Virus record (IMG/VR): IMGVR_UViG_3300045988_087505
Span: 1 to 56,562 of that record
Length of the DNA stretch: 56,562 bases
Direction: 5' to 3' (one strand)
From: a virus
The notes below the pieces were generated by a model. It did not search any database, was not told the DNA's origin, and saw nothing but the letters and a program-made list of their open reading frames with translations. Positions 44,627 to 54,391 of the stretch are shown here, piece after piece; the stretch's first letter is position 1, and every line of letters starts with the position of its first letter. The translations under genes and the position numbers were made by a program.

Positions 44627-44983
44627 ATGAGTTATAAGGTAATTTACAGGTTTATGGATTTGCAGGACTTTAATCACGTATACGAAGTTGGTGATGAATA
44701 TCCTAGAAATGGTTCAGAAACAACTCCGTCAAGAATCAGAGAACTTGCAACCACAGAAAATAAAATCGGCAAACCGCTAATAAAAGGTATGCAGAATAAT
44801 AATAGTTCTGTAAAACCTGTAGATTTGCTGAATGAACATAGCAAGGATTTGAATAAGACAGCTATAAATCGTATGTCCACCGCAGACTTGCAATCATTTG
44901 CCACAGAACAAGGCATAGACAATGCAGAAGAACTCACAGGAGCAGAATTAAAGAAGCTGTTAATTGAAAAATTAGGATTATAG
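44627..44983 (+). CDS. Head-associated protein with a C-terminal Rho_N/SAP-like helix-extended-helix
   Basis: DNAEELTGAELKKLLIEKLGL. Confidence 0.55.
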   Translation: MSYKVIYRFMDLQDFNHVYEVGDEYPRNGSETTPSRIRELATTENKIGKPLIKGMQNNNSSVKPVDLLNEHSKDLNKTAINRMSTADLQSFATEQGIDNAEELTGAELKKLLIEKLGL

Positions 44984-44993
44984 GAGGCACGTC

Positions 44994-45239
44994 ATGGAAT
45001 TAAAAGACACTGTGGAGATGATGACCAGTGCTGACTACAAAGAAAGATTTAAAGCAGAGTATCAGCAGATTGTCATTCGGTATAAAAAGTTAAAAACAAT
45101 GCTTGATAAATGGGATATGGGAGAACTGAATTTTAAGCCTATATGTCCTAGAAGCACTTATAATATGCAGATTAAAGCGATGACAGATTATATTGCCGTT
45201 CTTGAAGCAAGAGCGGTCATGGAAAATGTAGAACTGTAG
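44994..45239 (+). CDS. Hypothetical head-module protein
   Basis: ORF in operon. Confidence 0.55.
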   Translation: MELKDTVEMMTSADYKERFKAEYQQIVIRYKKLKTMLDKWDMGELNFKPICPRSTYNMQIKAMTDYIAVLEARAVMENVEL

Positions 45240-45254
45240 GGAAGAGGATTAGCT

Positions 45255-45632
45255 ATGGAATACACCACATTAGAACAGGTCAAAATCAGACTTAAACAAT
45301 TTCATATTGATACAGTCACAAATGAAGATGAAACTACATCTGATGTGGTAGTGTTTGATAACAAAGAAGATAATCCGATAATCGAACAGCTCATTAAGCA
45401 AGCTACAGAAGATGTAAAGGCAAGAAGAAACTACCCCGACAGCTACACAGATGAAATGATAACCGAAGATTTAAAGAAATTTGAAAGTGTTATCGTTAAT
45501 CTTGCGGTCTATGACCATTCACAGGCAGGCGAAGCATTTATGTCAAGTTACAATGAGAATGGCGTAAACAGAACTTGGAAAGACAGAGACAGTTTATTTG
45601 TCGGGATATTTCCATTTGCTAAGGTTTTATAG
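45255..45632 (+). CDS. Head-tail connector (gp6-like / DNA-packaging adaptor)
   Basis: The N-terminus MEYTTLEQVKIRLKQ... and the position match this family. Confidence 0.6.
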   Translation: MEYTTLEQVKIRLKQFHIDTVTNEDETTSDVVVFDNKEDNPIIEQLIKQATEDVKARRNYPDSYTDEMITEDLKKFESVIVNLAVYDHSQAGEAFMSSYNENGVNRTWKDRDSLFVGIFPFAKVL

Positions 45633-45680
45633 AAGATTGTGCGTTACCATTTTGCTGATTCCGGCAATATGGTAGCAGGC

Positions 45681-45720
45681 GGCACACATTAAGGGTGGTG
45701 GGCAGTGTGCCATATTTTTA
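45681..45720 (+). terminator. Hairpin terminator inside the head-tail module
   Basis: GGCACAC-17 nt-GTGTGCC followed by ATATTTTTA. Confidence 0.55.
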
Positions 45721-45736
45721 AGACAGGAGATATAAA

Positions 45737-46042
45737 ATGAGAGATGTTTTATTACAGACTTACACCATAGCATTGCCAATATTGCTTGGTTACATGGTCT
45801 GGCTTCTGAAACAACAGAAAAAAGACAAAGATGCCAATAGTAAAGGCACAATGTTGCTTTTGCGAGTACAGCTTATCGAATATCACGATAAGTATATGAA
45901 AATAGGTGAAATACCATCTTATGCTTATGACAATTTTGTTGAGATGTATAACGCATATCATGCCTTAGGCGGTAATGGGATGGTAACTAAGATGTATAAC
46001 GAAATACAGGAAATTCACTTAAAGAATGGAGGCAAAGACTAA
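45737..46042 (+). CDS. Single-TM membrane protein (holin-associated?)
   Basis: N-terminal TM IALPILLGYMVWLL followed by a soluble helical domain. Confidence 0.55.
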   Translation: MRDVLLQTYTIALPILLGYMVWLLKQQKKDKDANSKGTMLLLRVQLIEYHDKYMKIGEIPSYAYDNFVEMYNAYHALGGNGMVTKMYNEIQEIHLKNGGKD

Positions 46043-46368
46043 TGGAAATTATGCAGGTATTAATCACAAACATGACAATCGTGTTAGCAATCATAGGGGC
46101 ATTAGCTTTTATGGTGTCTGTAATTACGCAGGTAATTAAGGGCATTGGAGTACTCAATAAAGTGCCTACAGATATTGTAGTATTTGTCCTGTCAATCGGT
46201 ATTACTGTAGCAGCATTTGTTGCCTATATGCAGTATATTCAGATGACAATACTGTGGTATATGGTTCTTGCGGCAATTATGGCAGGTTTTGTTGTAGCGT
46301 TCGTTTCGATGTATGGATGGGAGAAGTTGTCCGAATTATGGAAGCGATTTGGTAAGGATGTGAAGTAA
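46042..46368 (+). CDS. Putative holin (three TM helices)
   Basis: 108 aa, three hydrophobic helices, charged C-terminus; ITQVIKGIGVLNKVPTDIVVFVLSIG resembles Hol44/holin_5-type sequences. Confidence 0.55.
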   Translation: MEIMQVLITNMTIVLAIIGALAFMVSVITQVIKGIGVLNKVPTDIVVFVLSIGITVAAFVAYMQYIQMTILWYMVLAAIMAGFVVAFVSMYGWEKLSELWKRFGKDVK

Positions 46369-46369
46369 T

Positions 46370-46828
46370 ATGCTTGACATTAATAAGCAGGCTATGAAGT
46401 ATTCGCTTCAAGGGCAGACAGTAACTATTTACGAAAGAGATGATGAGGGAAATATCCTTTATGAGGGATATACCGACACAGATGGTAACTTTATTCCTTA
46501 TCTTGATGATGAGGGAAATAAGATACCCAAAGTCCTTGAAGAGAAAACAGGTTTTTCAGATCCAGTTGATTTCAAAGCTAACATATCGTTCAGCGGCGGA
46601 GAAGCACAGAGCAAGGAATACGGCTTTGACACCGCTGATTTTGACGCTATTTTACTGGCAGATAGGAATGCGTTGCCTATCAAAAAAGGTGACCTTATAT
46701 GGCTTGATAATAAGCCCGCATATACATCTGACGGTCTTGTTGATGAAACATCGGCAGACTTCACGATTGTAGGCATTAAGCCGGCATTATATTCAACTAA
46801 GTATATGCTCAAGGCAGTTGTAAAGTAG
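46370..46828 (+). CDS. Head-tail joining / tail-module protein
   Basis: Position only. Confidence 0.5.
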   Translation: MLDINKQAMKYSLQGQTVTIYERDDEGNILYEGYTDTDGNFIPYLDDEGNKIPKVLEEKTGFSDPVDFKANISFSGGEAQSKEYGFDTADFDAILLADRNALPIKKGDLIWLDNKPAYTSDGLVDETSADFTIVGIKPALYSTKYMLKAVVK

Positions 46829-46835
46829 GTGCATT

Positions 46836-47381
46836 ATGGCAAAACATACAATTAATGTATCTCTATCAAAAAACTCCATACAAGAGGCAATTAGACAGCT
46901 ACAACAGTATAAAACTTGGCTAGTTCAAAAGACAGAACAGCTTGTTAAAGAATTAGCCAATGTTGGAATACCTGTCATAGATGAAAATATGGCAAAAGCT
47001 AATTACACCTATGATGAAAATGGTGTTAGAAGCGGTTCAGATACAATCCACAGAACTTACGTTGAGATGTCGGGTTCTCAATCGGGTACAGCGACAGCAA
47101 AACTCATTGTTGAGGGTAAAGAAATTCTGTTTATAGAGTTCGGTGCTGGCGTTTACTACAATGGAGAGGCAGGAAACAGCCCACACCCTAAAGGTGTTGT
47201 TAATGGTATGATTATCGGCTCTTATGGCGAGGGACACGGCGTTCAGAAAGTATGGGGTTACTATGATGAAAGTGGAAAACTCATACTTACGCATGGTGTT
47301 GAAGCACAGATGCCTGTTTATAAGGCAGAAATGGAAATAGTGCAGAAGTACATTAAGGTAGCGAGGAGGGTGTTTAGTTAA
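46836..47381 (+). CDS. Head-tail joining protein (HK97 gp10-like position)
   Basis: Position and size. Confidence 0.5.
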   Translation: MAKHTINVSLSKNSIQEAIRQLQQYKTWLVQKTEQLVKELANVGIPVIDENMAKANYTYDENGVRSGSDTIHRTYVEMSGSQSGTATAKLIVEGKEILFIEFGAGVYYNGEAGNSPHPKGVVNGMIIGSYGEGHGVQKVWGYYDESGKLILTHGVEAQMPVYKAEMEIVQKYIKVARRVFS

Positions 47382-47797
47382 TGGCAAATGCAAACGATTG
47401 GGCGATAGACCTTGAAAACACAGTCACAGCACTTGTCAAGGCTAAAACCCTAACACAGCTCAAAAAAACTTATCCCAAAATAGTTATAACAAATGAGGGA
47501 GAAAACAGCGGTCAAGCAGTATTCCCAACAATTTACATACATCTGTTGCCTGCGGTAGAGCAAGGACAGACACTTGACGGACAGGGAATCAATGCATTGT
47601 TAGCAACATTTCAAGTAGATATTACTACTAACACAAGTAAAGCTGACTGCCGCAAAGTTATGGCAACGATTACAGATGTTTTTAAGACAATGAGATTTTC
47701 GGGCACATCAATGCCTGAAACATCGGTAAGCAATAAAATACACAGAAGTACCGCACGATTTAGACGAATTGTAGCGGCGAATGACAGATTATTATAG
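47381..47797 (+). CDS. Tail completion / tail terminator protein
   Basis: Position immediately upstream of the major tail protein. Confidence 0.5.
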   Translation: MANANDWAIDLENTVTALVKAKTLTQLKKTYPKIVITNEGENSGQAVFPTIYIHLLPAVEQGQTLDGQGINALLATFQVDITTNTSKADCRKVMATITDVFKTMRFSGTSMPETSVSNKIHRSTARFRRIVAANDRLL

Positions 47798-47803
47798 CGA
47801 AAA

Positions 47804-47829
47804 AAGAGACGAGAGTCTCTTATTTTTTT
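47804..47829 (+). terminator. Hairpin terminator upstream of the major tail gene
   Basis: AAGAGAC-gaga-GTCTCTT followed by ATTTTTTT. Confidence 0.65.
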
Positions 47830-47854
47830 GCGAATTTTTAGGAGGTAAAAAGAT

Positions 47855-48340
47855 ATGGCAGATACAACAGTTGCTGGAATTTCATCCCTTGGAATTACGT
47901 TTGGTTATGGGGTAGAAACAATAGCAGGGACGAAACCTACCACTTTTAAGCAGTTACACAGAATTAATGATATCGGAGAGGTAACGGTTGAGCCGGAGGC
48001 AATAGATGCATCAGCACTTGAGGATGCTCAAACAAAAAATATTGCTGGAAGAGACACTGTTTCCGACACAATGTCCGTGGAAGTGAACAAAACAGACGAT
48101 ACCATTTCAGAATGGGAAGAGGTAATTGCAGAATACAAAAAACTTACTGGTGGTAAAAGGATGTGGTTTCAGACCATCACACCAGGATTTACAAAAGCAG
48201 AGTTTGTAGTGGCACAACCACCATCAAAACTTCCAATTTCCCCAAAACAGCAGAATTCACTGCTTACTATGACAATCAACCTTATCGTTCAAGAAATGGT
48301 TGGAAGCGATACAAAGGTAGAATTCACACCGGGGGAATGA
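47855..48340 (+). CDS. Major tail (tube) protein
   Basis: 161 aa; position before the chaperone and tape measure; phi13-type pattern ISSLGITFGYG...DASALED. Confidence 0.7.
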   Translation: MADTTVAGISSLGITFGYGVETIAGTKPTTFKQLHRINDIGEVTVEPEAIDASALEDAQTKNIAGRDTVSDTMSVEVNKTDDTISEWEEVIAEYKKLTGGKRMWFQTITPGFTKAEFVVAQPPSKLPISPKQQNSLLTMTINLIVQEMVGSDTKVEFTPGE

Positions 48341-48500
48341 TAAGTCAGTCGCTTAATAAGAAAACCACAAAAGCTGTTGCGGCTGACGAAAAAACAGCAG
48401 ATTACACATCTTATTTAGATGAATAATGATTAAGCTTGTAAAGGGCGGTCTACGGACTGCCCCTTTCCTATACAAAAGTATAGGAGGAAAGGGAAAAATT

Positions 48501-48935
48501 ATGATTACAATGAATGTAAATGAAAAAGAGTATAAATTAAAGTTTGGATTCGATGCGGCAGAAGAAAAGAACATTGTTCAGAGAATGTTTAATATTGTTT
48601 CCGGAGCTTATATTTTAAAGGGTGGAAATGATTTAACAAAAGCTGTTTTTGAGGGGACAGGTGACATGATTTCCGATATTCCTCAAACATGCATTGAGGC
48701 TATTTTTGCCGGTTGCCTGGAAGAAAATCCGGTAACTATGGATGAAGCAAAAACTTTAAGCAGAACATATATTACAGAAAAGAGAAAATCAGACAAAAAA
48801 TACAGTTATCGCAGCCTTTTTGATGAATTGAAGAAAGCGATGGAGGATGATGGTTTTTTCGACCTGTCGGGAATCAACGAGATGGTGGAAGAAATGACAA
48901 CGAACGCAGAGGAAGCAATCAGTCTGAAGAAGTAG
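48501..48935 (+). CDS. Tail assembly chaperone (G-like)
   Basis: AGGAGG RBS before the ATG at 48501; position upstream of the tape measure. Confidence 0.7.
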   Translation: MITMNVNEKEYKLKFGFDAAEEKNIVQRMFNIVSGAYILKGGNDLTKAVFEGTGDMISDIPQTCIEAIFAGCLEENPVTMDEAKTLSRTYITEKRKSDKKYSYRSLFDELKKAMEDDGFFDLSGINEMVEEMTTNAEEAISLKK

Positions 48936-49309
48936 AAAAAGTTGATTTTCATAAAATTATCTGGGAAGAATACTTCCCTATGGCATTTGCAATAGGAATC
49001 TCTATGGAAGAATTTAAACACATGACCCCAAAGGAACTTGGTTATTGTGTTAAAGGCTACAAATTAAGGCAGAAAATGCGTGATGATGAAGTTTGGGAAA
49101 TTGTTGGGAATTATATAATCCCGGCGGTAGCGATTGGTGCAAGTAAGATCTTCGGAAAAGGAAAGACAGAATATCCAAAGAAACCCGCAACTTCAAAACC
49201 GGAAAGGATTAGCAAAGAACAATCCATAGAAGAACAAAGAAGAGCATTTGTCATGAGAATGCGAGCGATGAAAGCAAACTGGGACATTAGTCATCATTTG
49301 GAAGAATAG
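48854..49309 (+). CDS. Frameshift extension of the tail assembly chaperone (GT-like product made by a -1 slip at T_TTT_TTC, 48854-48860)
   Basis: The heptamer T TTT TTC is in the zero frame of 48501... The -1 frame is open from there into track ORF 48980..49309. Confidence 0.6.
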   Translation, partial: FFRPVGNQRDGGRNDNERRGSNQSEEVEKVDFHKIIWEEYFPMAFAIGISMEEFKHMTPKELGYCVKGYKLRQKMRDDEVWEIVGNYIIPAVAIGASKIFGKGKTEYPKKPATSKPERISKEQSIEEQRRAFVMRMRAMKANWDISHHLEE

Positions 49310-49324
49310 AAAGTTGGTGAGATT

Positions 49325-52300
49325 TTGGAGCTAGATAGGTTACAAATTAAAATTGATGCAAATGCAGCACAGGCAAACAGGTCGATCGACAATCTCATCA
49401 AAAAGTTGCTTACACTTTCGACAAATCTTGGAAGTGTTGACACTGGAAAGCTTAACAATATTGCATCCGGAATCAAAAGCATATCCGATGCATCAGCAGG
49501 ATTTAAAGGTAAAAGCGGAAAAGCAAGCGAAATCACATCACTTGCAAATGCTTTAAAAAAGTTTTCGAATATTGACACAACATCTTTGTATGGCATTTCT
49601 TCGGCAATGAAAAATTTGTCTAGCGGAATTGGAAGCATTGGAAGTGTTAATGTAACTGGAATGACAAATTTAATATCATCCATATCCAAATTAGGCGGAA
49701 AGAATGCAACGCAGGGGGCAAAAAATCTGATTACTGTTAAGGATGACCTTGTGAAATTTGTCCAAGGAATGAACAGTATCGGAAATTTAAACTTCAATAC
49801 CGCGGGACTTTCAAATTTAATTTCAAGCATTTCAAGACTTGGATTAAAAAGCACAACTCAGGCAACAAAAAATCTCCCAACAATGTCTGCACAGTTGCAA
49901 AATTTTGTTCGCCAGATGAATAACATTGGTTCATCTACATTTGACACATCAACATTATTGAATCTGGCAAATGCTATATCAAGATTAGGTGGGAAAAATG
50001 TTACACAATCCATTGTAAATCTTCCTTTACTAACCAAAGAGTTGGCAAATTTGTTTAATGCTCTTGCGAAAGTACCAGCAGTGAATCAAAACGTCATAAA
50101 CATGACTAACTCTCTTGCAAAACTTGCGTCAACAGGAAGTAAAAGTGGGTCTGCGGTAAGAAGTCTTTCTGGAAGTTTAAATTCCTATCATTCAAGTGCT
50201 ACGAAAGCAGCAAAAAGCTCAAAGGGACTTGTCTCTCAAATTGGAATGTTTTACGCAAAGTTCTTCCTTGCGATAAGAGGCGTAAAACAGTTTTGGAAAG
50301 CCATAGAATCTTCCATGAATTACGTTGAAGTATTGAACTACTTCAATGCAGCATTTGGACAAGTTGCGGAAAATGCCGTTGGACAATGGAAAGAAGCCGG
50401 ATATGACAGTGCAGAAGCCTATTACGATTCTTTCACAAAAAGAGCGGAACAGCTGACCCAGAAGATGACTGGTTACTCTGTTTCTGAAAGCGGAATGCTT
50501 GAGGCTACAGGTGCAAAAAGCATGGGTATAAACCCTACTTCCTTGATGAATTATCAGGCAATGTTCGGACAGATGTCATCTTCTATGGGCATTACTTCCG
50601 AAAATGCATTAACCCTATCAAATGTTTTAACAGAAATTGGTGCGGATTTGGCATCTGTTAAAAACATGGATTTCAACAAAGTGTGGGAAGATATGGCATC
50701 TGGTCTTGCCGGAATGTCGAGAACCCTTGATAAATATGGTGTTAATATTAGAAATGTCAATTTGCAACAAAAATTGAATGAATTGGGGATTAAAGCAAAT
50801 ATCACAGCTTTAAACCAAAATGAGAAAGCCTTACTGCGTACCATAATATTGCTTGATAGCACTAAGTACGCATGGGGCGATTTGTCAGACACAATCAATC
50901 AGCCGGCAAACCAGTTGAGATTACTTCGATCAAATTTCAGCAATCTTGCAAGAACAATCGGCAATATCTTTTTACCAATAGTTGCCAATGTCTTGCCATA
51001 CTTGAATGGTTTAGCAATAGCACTTCAAAGAGTGGCTGAAAACATTGTGAAAATGTTGGGATTTAAAAATTTTGATTGGGGCGGTCTTGGTGGTACAAAA
51101 GGTGCCAGTGATTCAATCTCAAACATTTACGATGAGGCAGACAATACATCAGATGCTTTGGATAATGCAACAGATTCAGCAAAGGAATTAAAAAATCAAT
51201 TAATGTCATTTGATGAAGTTGACAAGCTTACTGAGCCTGCAGAAAGCACATCTTCTACAAAAACAGGAAGTGGATTAGATGCCGCCGGCAGTGCAGCACT
51301 CGATAAAGCATTCCAGGATGCGGCTAGTGCTTATCAGAAAGCATGGGATGAAGCTTTTGCCAATATGGAGCAAAAATCCACAGACATTGCAAACAAAATA
51401 ACTAAGGTATTCTCAAGAATAGCTGATGCGGCAACTCCAACAAAGAAAGCATTACAGAATTTATGGAATGATGGACTTAAAAAATTAACAAACTTTTCCG
51501 GTGGAGCATTAAATGATTTTTATAAAGATTTTCTTGTCCCAGTTGGAAAATGGACGTTAGGTACAGGCATCCCTAAACTGATAGATGCTTTGAATGATTT
51601 TTTAAATAGAATCAATTGGAGCAAATTAAGAAAAAATCTTGATAATTTTTGGAAGGGAATTTCTCCTTTTGTAAAAGGTTTTGGAGATGGATTTATAGAC
51701 TTTTTTTCAAAACTTTCAAAAATAGGAGCAGCAGTCATAAATGTATTGGGCGATACTATTGGCGGATTTGGAAGAGTTCTTCAAAGTATTGGAGTTGACA
51801 ACGTGTTTACCTTAGGACAGGGATTTGGTCGATTAGCCGCTGCTATATTAGCATTAAAAGGATTGGAAGCAATTATAATGGCTATTAATGCGGCAATGTC
51901 TGCAAACCCTTATGTAGTCCTTGCGATAGCCATTGCGGCAGCAGTTGGAGCTTTTCATAATTTGATTCATGGTATGGAATTAGGAAAAGAATCTGATGTT
52001 TGGAATTTTATCCCAGAAAAATTACAAAACATGATTGATGCTTCACAAAAATTGAAAGAATCTTATAAAGAACTTTCAGATCAAAATAAAGAAAGCATTG
52101 CCGGTGTCTTGGCGGAATATGATGGTATTCGAGAAATGGCTGATACTTATCTTGAAATGTCAGCTAATTATGATTCGTTGACAGATACGCAAAAAAATCT
52201 TGTAAAATCATATGCTGACACACTAAGCGAAAAAGTAGATGGAATTGAGGGAAATATTGATTCTATTACCGGTGCATGGAAAGGAACTTCTGATGAACTT

Positions 52301-53572
52301 CAAAATGCTATTGATAAACAAGAAGAATACGCATTAAATTCAGCAAAAACAGACATTGTTTCTGGTTTATATGAACAGTTAGCAAAAGCAAAAAAAGGAT
52401 ATGACGAATCTTTTCAAGAATTTAAGTCATCTGTGGATGATATGTATGAATACGTTGATACGATTGGAGACCAAAGAGCTTCAAAAGCAATTGGCTATTT
52501 AGAATCAGTAGGATTTAATATAAAAAAGCTTGATGCAAAATCATCAAGCTTGGTTCACACTGTACGCACAGAAAATGAAGTTTTTGATGCGTACTTGGAT
52601 AACATAGAAGCATCTGGCTATGCTATGAACGAATATTCTGATACTTTAGGAAATGTTCAGGATGACATATCTTATTACAATGACTTAACAATGGATGCGA
52701 TAAAAAACAATGAGAATTGGACAGAAAAAGCTACAAGTAATTCTGAAGAAATGAAAAACAAAGTTCAATCAGATATGGAACAAACTGCAAATTCAATTTC
52801 TCAGAATTATAAAAACATTGCAGAAAATGCAAAAACTACTCATGAAGGAGTTGGTGCAAGCTTTGAAAAAACGACAAACAAAATGGTATCAGATTCAGCA
52901 GTGGCTGTTAATAATACCAATGCAAACTTTTCAAATTTATTAACACCATCATTGAATGTAAACACTGCACCATTTGTTCAAAATTCAGCAAATGCCGTGA
53001 ATAGTACAAATGATTTGTTAAGAACAAGTATTTTTTCTCCATCATTGTCGGTGAATACTTCTAATTTTTCAAATTCTGTTTATAATGTTGTTAATTACGC
53101 CAACAATTCATTGGCTGGAATAAAAACTACAGTTCTTCAAATGGATACATCAGATGCAATGTACGCAGTCAATAAATTTATTGGCGGTGTAAAAGACGGA
53201 TTAAGTAAAATTGATTTTAATATGAAATTATTAAAAGGAGACACAACTCCAACAGAAACTCTATTAGGATTGTCTTTAATTCCTCAATACGCAACTGGTG
53301 GTTTTCCGGAAGATGGTATGTTTTTTGCAAATCACAATGAATTAGTTGGTCAGTTTAGCAACGGTAAGACAGCAGTTGCAAATAATGACCAAATTACCGC
53401 GGGAATTGAACGTGCGGCTTACAACGGAATGAAACGTGCATTAGCTGAAAGCAACGGAAAACAGAGTGTAAACATCAGCCTGGAAGCGAATACAGCCGGA
53501 TTGTTTAAGGCAGTACAGAAAGAAGCTGATAATTACACAAGAAGAACTGGAGAATCGGCATTTGTTTTTTAA
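49325..53572 (+). CDS. Tape measure protein (1415 aa)
   Basis: Size, position, repetitive N-terminus, and hydrophobic central segment. Confidence 0.9.
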   Translation: MELDRLQIKIDANAAQANRSIDNLIKKLLTLSTNLGSVDTGKLNNIASGIKSISDASAGFKGKSGKASEITSLANALKKFSNIDTTSLYGISSAMKNLSSGIGSIGSVNVTGMTNLISSISKLGGKNATQGAKNLITVKDDLVKFVQGMNSIGNLNFNTAGLSNLISSISRLGLKSTTQATKNLPTMSAQLQNFVRQMNNIGSSTFDTSTLLNLANAISRLGGKNVTQSIVNLPLLTKELANLFNALAKVPAVNQNVINMTNSLAKLASTGSKSGSAVRSLSGSLNSYHSSATKAAKSSKGLVSQIGMFYAKFFLAIRGVKQFWKAIESSMNYVEVLNYFNAAFGQVAENAVGQWKEAGYDSAEAYYDSFTKRAEQLTQKMTGYSVSESGMLEATGAKSMGINPTSLMNYQAMFGQMSSSMGITSENALTLSNVLTEIGADLASVKNMDFNKVWEDMASGLAGMSRTLDKYGVNIRNVNLQQKLNELGIKANITALNQNEKALLRTIILLDSTKYAWGDLSDTINQPANQLRLLRSNFSNLARTIGNIFLPIVANVLPYLNGLAIALQRVAENIVKMLGFKNFDWGGLGGTKGASDSISNIYDEADNTSDALDNATDSAKELKNQLMSFDEVDKLTEPAESTSSTKTGSGLDAAGSAALDKAFQDAASAYQKAWDEAFANMEQKSTDIANKITKVFSRIADAATPTKKALQNLWNDGLKKLTNFSGGALNDFYKDFLVPVGKWTLGTGIPKLIDALNDFLNRINWSKLRKNLDNFWKGISPFVKGFGDGFIDFFSKLSKIGAAVINVLGDTIGGFGRVLQSIGVDNVFTLGQGFGRLAAAILALKGLEAIIMAINAAMSANPYVVLAIAIAAAVGAFHNLIHGMELGKESDVWNFIPEKLQNMIDASQKLKESYKELSDQNKESIAGVLAEYDGIREMADTYLEMSANYDSLTDTQKNLVKSYADTLSEKVDGIEGNIDSITGAWKGTSDELQNAIDKQEEYALNSAKTDIVSGLYEQLAKAKKGYDESFQEFKSSVDDMYEYVDTIGDQRASKAIGYLESVGFNIKKLDAKSSSLVHTVRTENEVFDAYLDNIEASGYAMNEYSDTLGNVQDDISYYNDLTMDAIKNNENWTEKATSNSEEMKNKVQSDMEQTANSISQNYKNIAENAKTTHEGVGASFEKTTNKMVSDSAVAVNNTNANFSNLLTPSLNVNTAPFVQNSANAVNSTNDLLRTSIFSPSLSVNTSNFSNSVYNVVNYANNSLAGIKTTVLQMDTSDAMYAVNKFIGGVKDGLSKIDFNMKLLKGDTTPTETLLGLSLIPQYATGGFPEDGMFFANHNELVGQFSNGKTAVANNDQITAGIERAAYNGMKRALAESNGKQSVNISLEANTAGLFKAVQKEADNYTRRTGESAFVF

Positions 53573-53632
53573 AATTGACAAATTACCTAGCTTATTGTAG
53601 AATTAAAAGAAAACGAAAGAGAGGTAATTTGT

Positions 53633-53953
53633 ATGGCTTTGATACAATGCCCTGATTGTGGCAATATGATTTCCGAAAATGCGGATAGTTGCCCGAAATG
53701 CGGATATTCGCTAAAATCTGTAAGAGAACGAGAAGAAAGACTTCGCGAGGAAAAGAGAAAGCATGATAGAGCAATGATGCATTTACTTGAATTTGGATTG
53801 CTTTTATTTGCTTTAATTTTGTTTTTCTTGTTTGCAAGTTCACATGCTACAGAAAAAACTGTTTTAAATTTTTTAACATTTGTTTCATCAATGTGGGCGA
53901 TTCTTCCAATAGTAATAATTGTTGGAATAATAATTTTAATATTTAAAAAATAA
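53633..53953 (+). CDS. Zinc-ribbon membrane protein (moron between tape measure and distal tail genes)
   Basis: CPDCGNMISENADSCPKCG followed by two TM helices; own terminator. Confidence 0.65.
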   Translation: MALIQCPDCGNMISENADSCPKCGYSLKSVREREERLREEKRKHDRAMMHLLEFGLLLFALILFFLFASSHATEKTVLNFLTFVSSMWAILPIVIIVGIIILIFKK

Positions 53954-53964
53954 ATTTGTAACAA

Positions 53965-53990
53965 AAGACACGATTAACCGTGTCTTTTTT
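53965..53990 (+). terminator. Intrinsic terminator
   Basis: AAGACACG-attaac-CGTGTCTT followed by TTTT. Confidence 0.8.
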
Positions 53991-54013
53991 GTTGCATAAA
54001 AGGAGGGATAACT

Positions 54014-54379
54014 TTGTTTTTTAAAATAAATGGAGTAGATATGTCCAGATACATTGCTTCTGAAACAATAACTCATAATCCAGTATGGTCAACCAATGCA
54101 GGAAGAACGTTAAGTGGAAATTTTGTGGGAGACATTGTTACAAGAAAATGGAAGTTAGTCCTTACAACAAAACCAATGAATCAGAAAGAAAGTGCCGCAT
54201 TTACGAAAGTAATTGAATCCAGCACTTTTTTTAATGTCCAATTTATTAATCCAAACAGTGAAGATGGTAGATTGGAAAGCATTACAGTTTATAGCGATGA
54301 ACCTAGTTGGGAAATTTACAGCTACGTTATCGATAACGCAAGATACAAAAGCATTTCAGTTAGCTTTGTGGAGCAGTAG
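54014..54379 (+). CDS. Distal tail protein-like (small)
   Basis: GGAGGG RBS, TTG start; position between the tape measure and the large tail protein. Confidence 0.55.
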   Translation: MFFKINGVDMSRYIASETITHNPVWSTNAGRTLSGNFVGDIVTRKWKLVLTTKPMNQKESAAFTKVIESSTFFNVQFINPNSEDGRLESITVYSDEPSWEIYSYVIDNARYKSISVSFVEQ

Positions 54380-54391
54380 GAGGAATTTGAA

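Noticed and set aside
49294-51738. The antisense ORFs inside the tape measure gene (49294..49854, 50554..50898, 51520..51738) might be genes, as might similar ORFs inside the ATPase (9800..10756), portal (42259..43013) and terL (39517..40296).
   Set aside because: They are shadow ORFs on the opposite strand of long, confidently coding genes. Their products are low-complexity S/L/F/C-rich, and they have no RBS or promoter.
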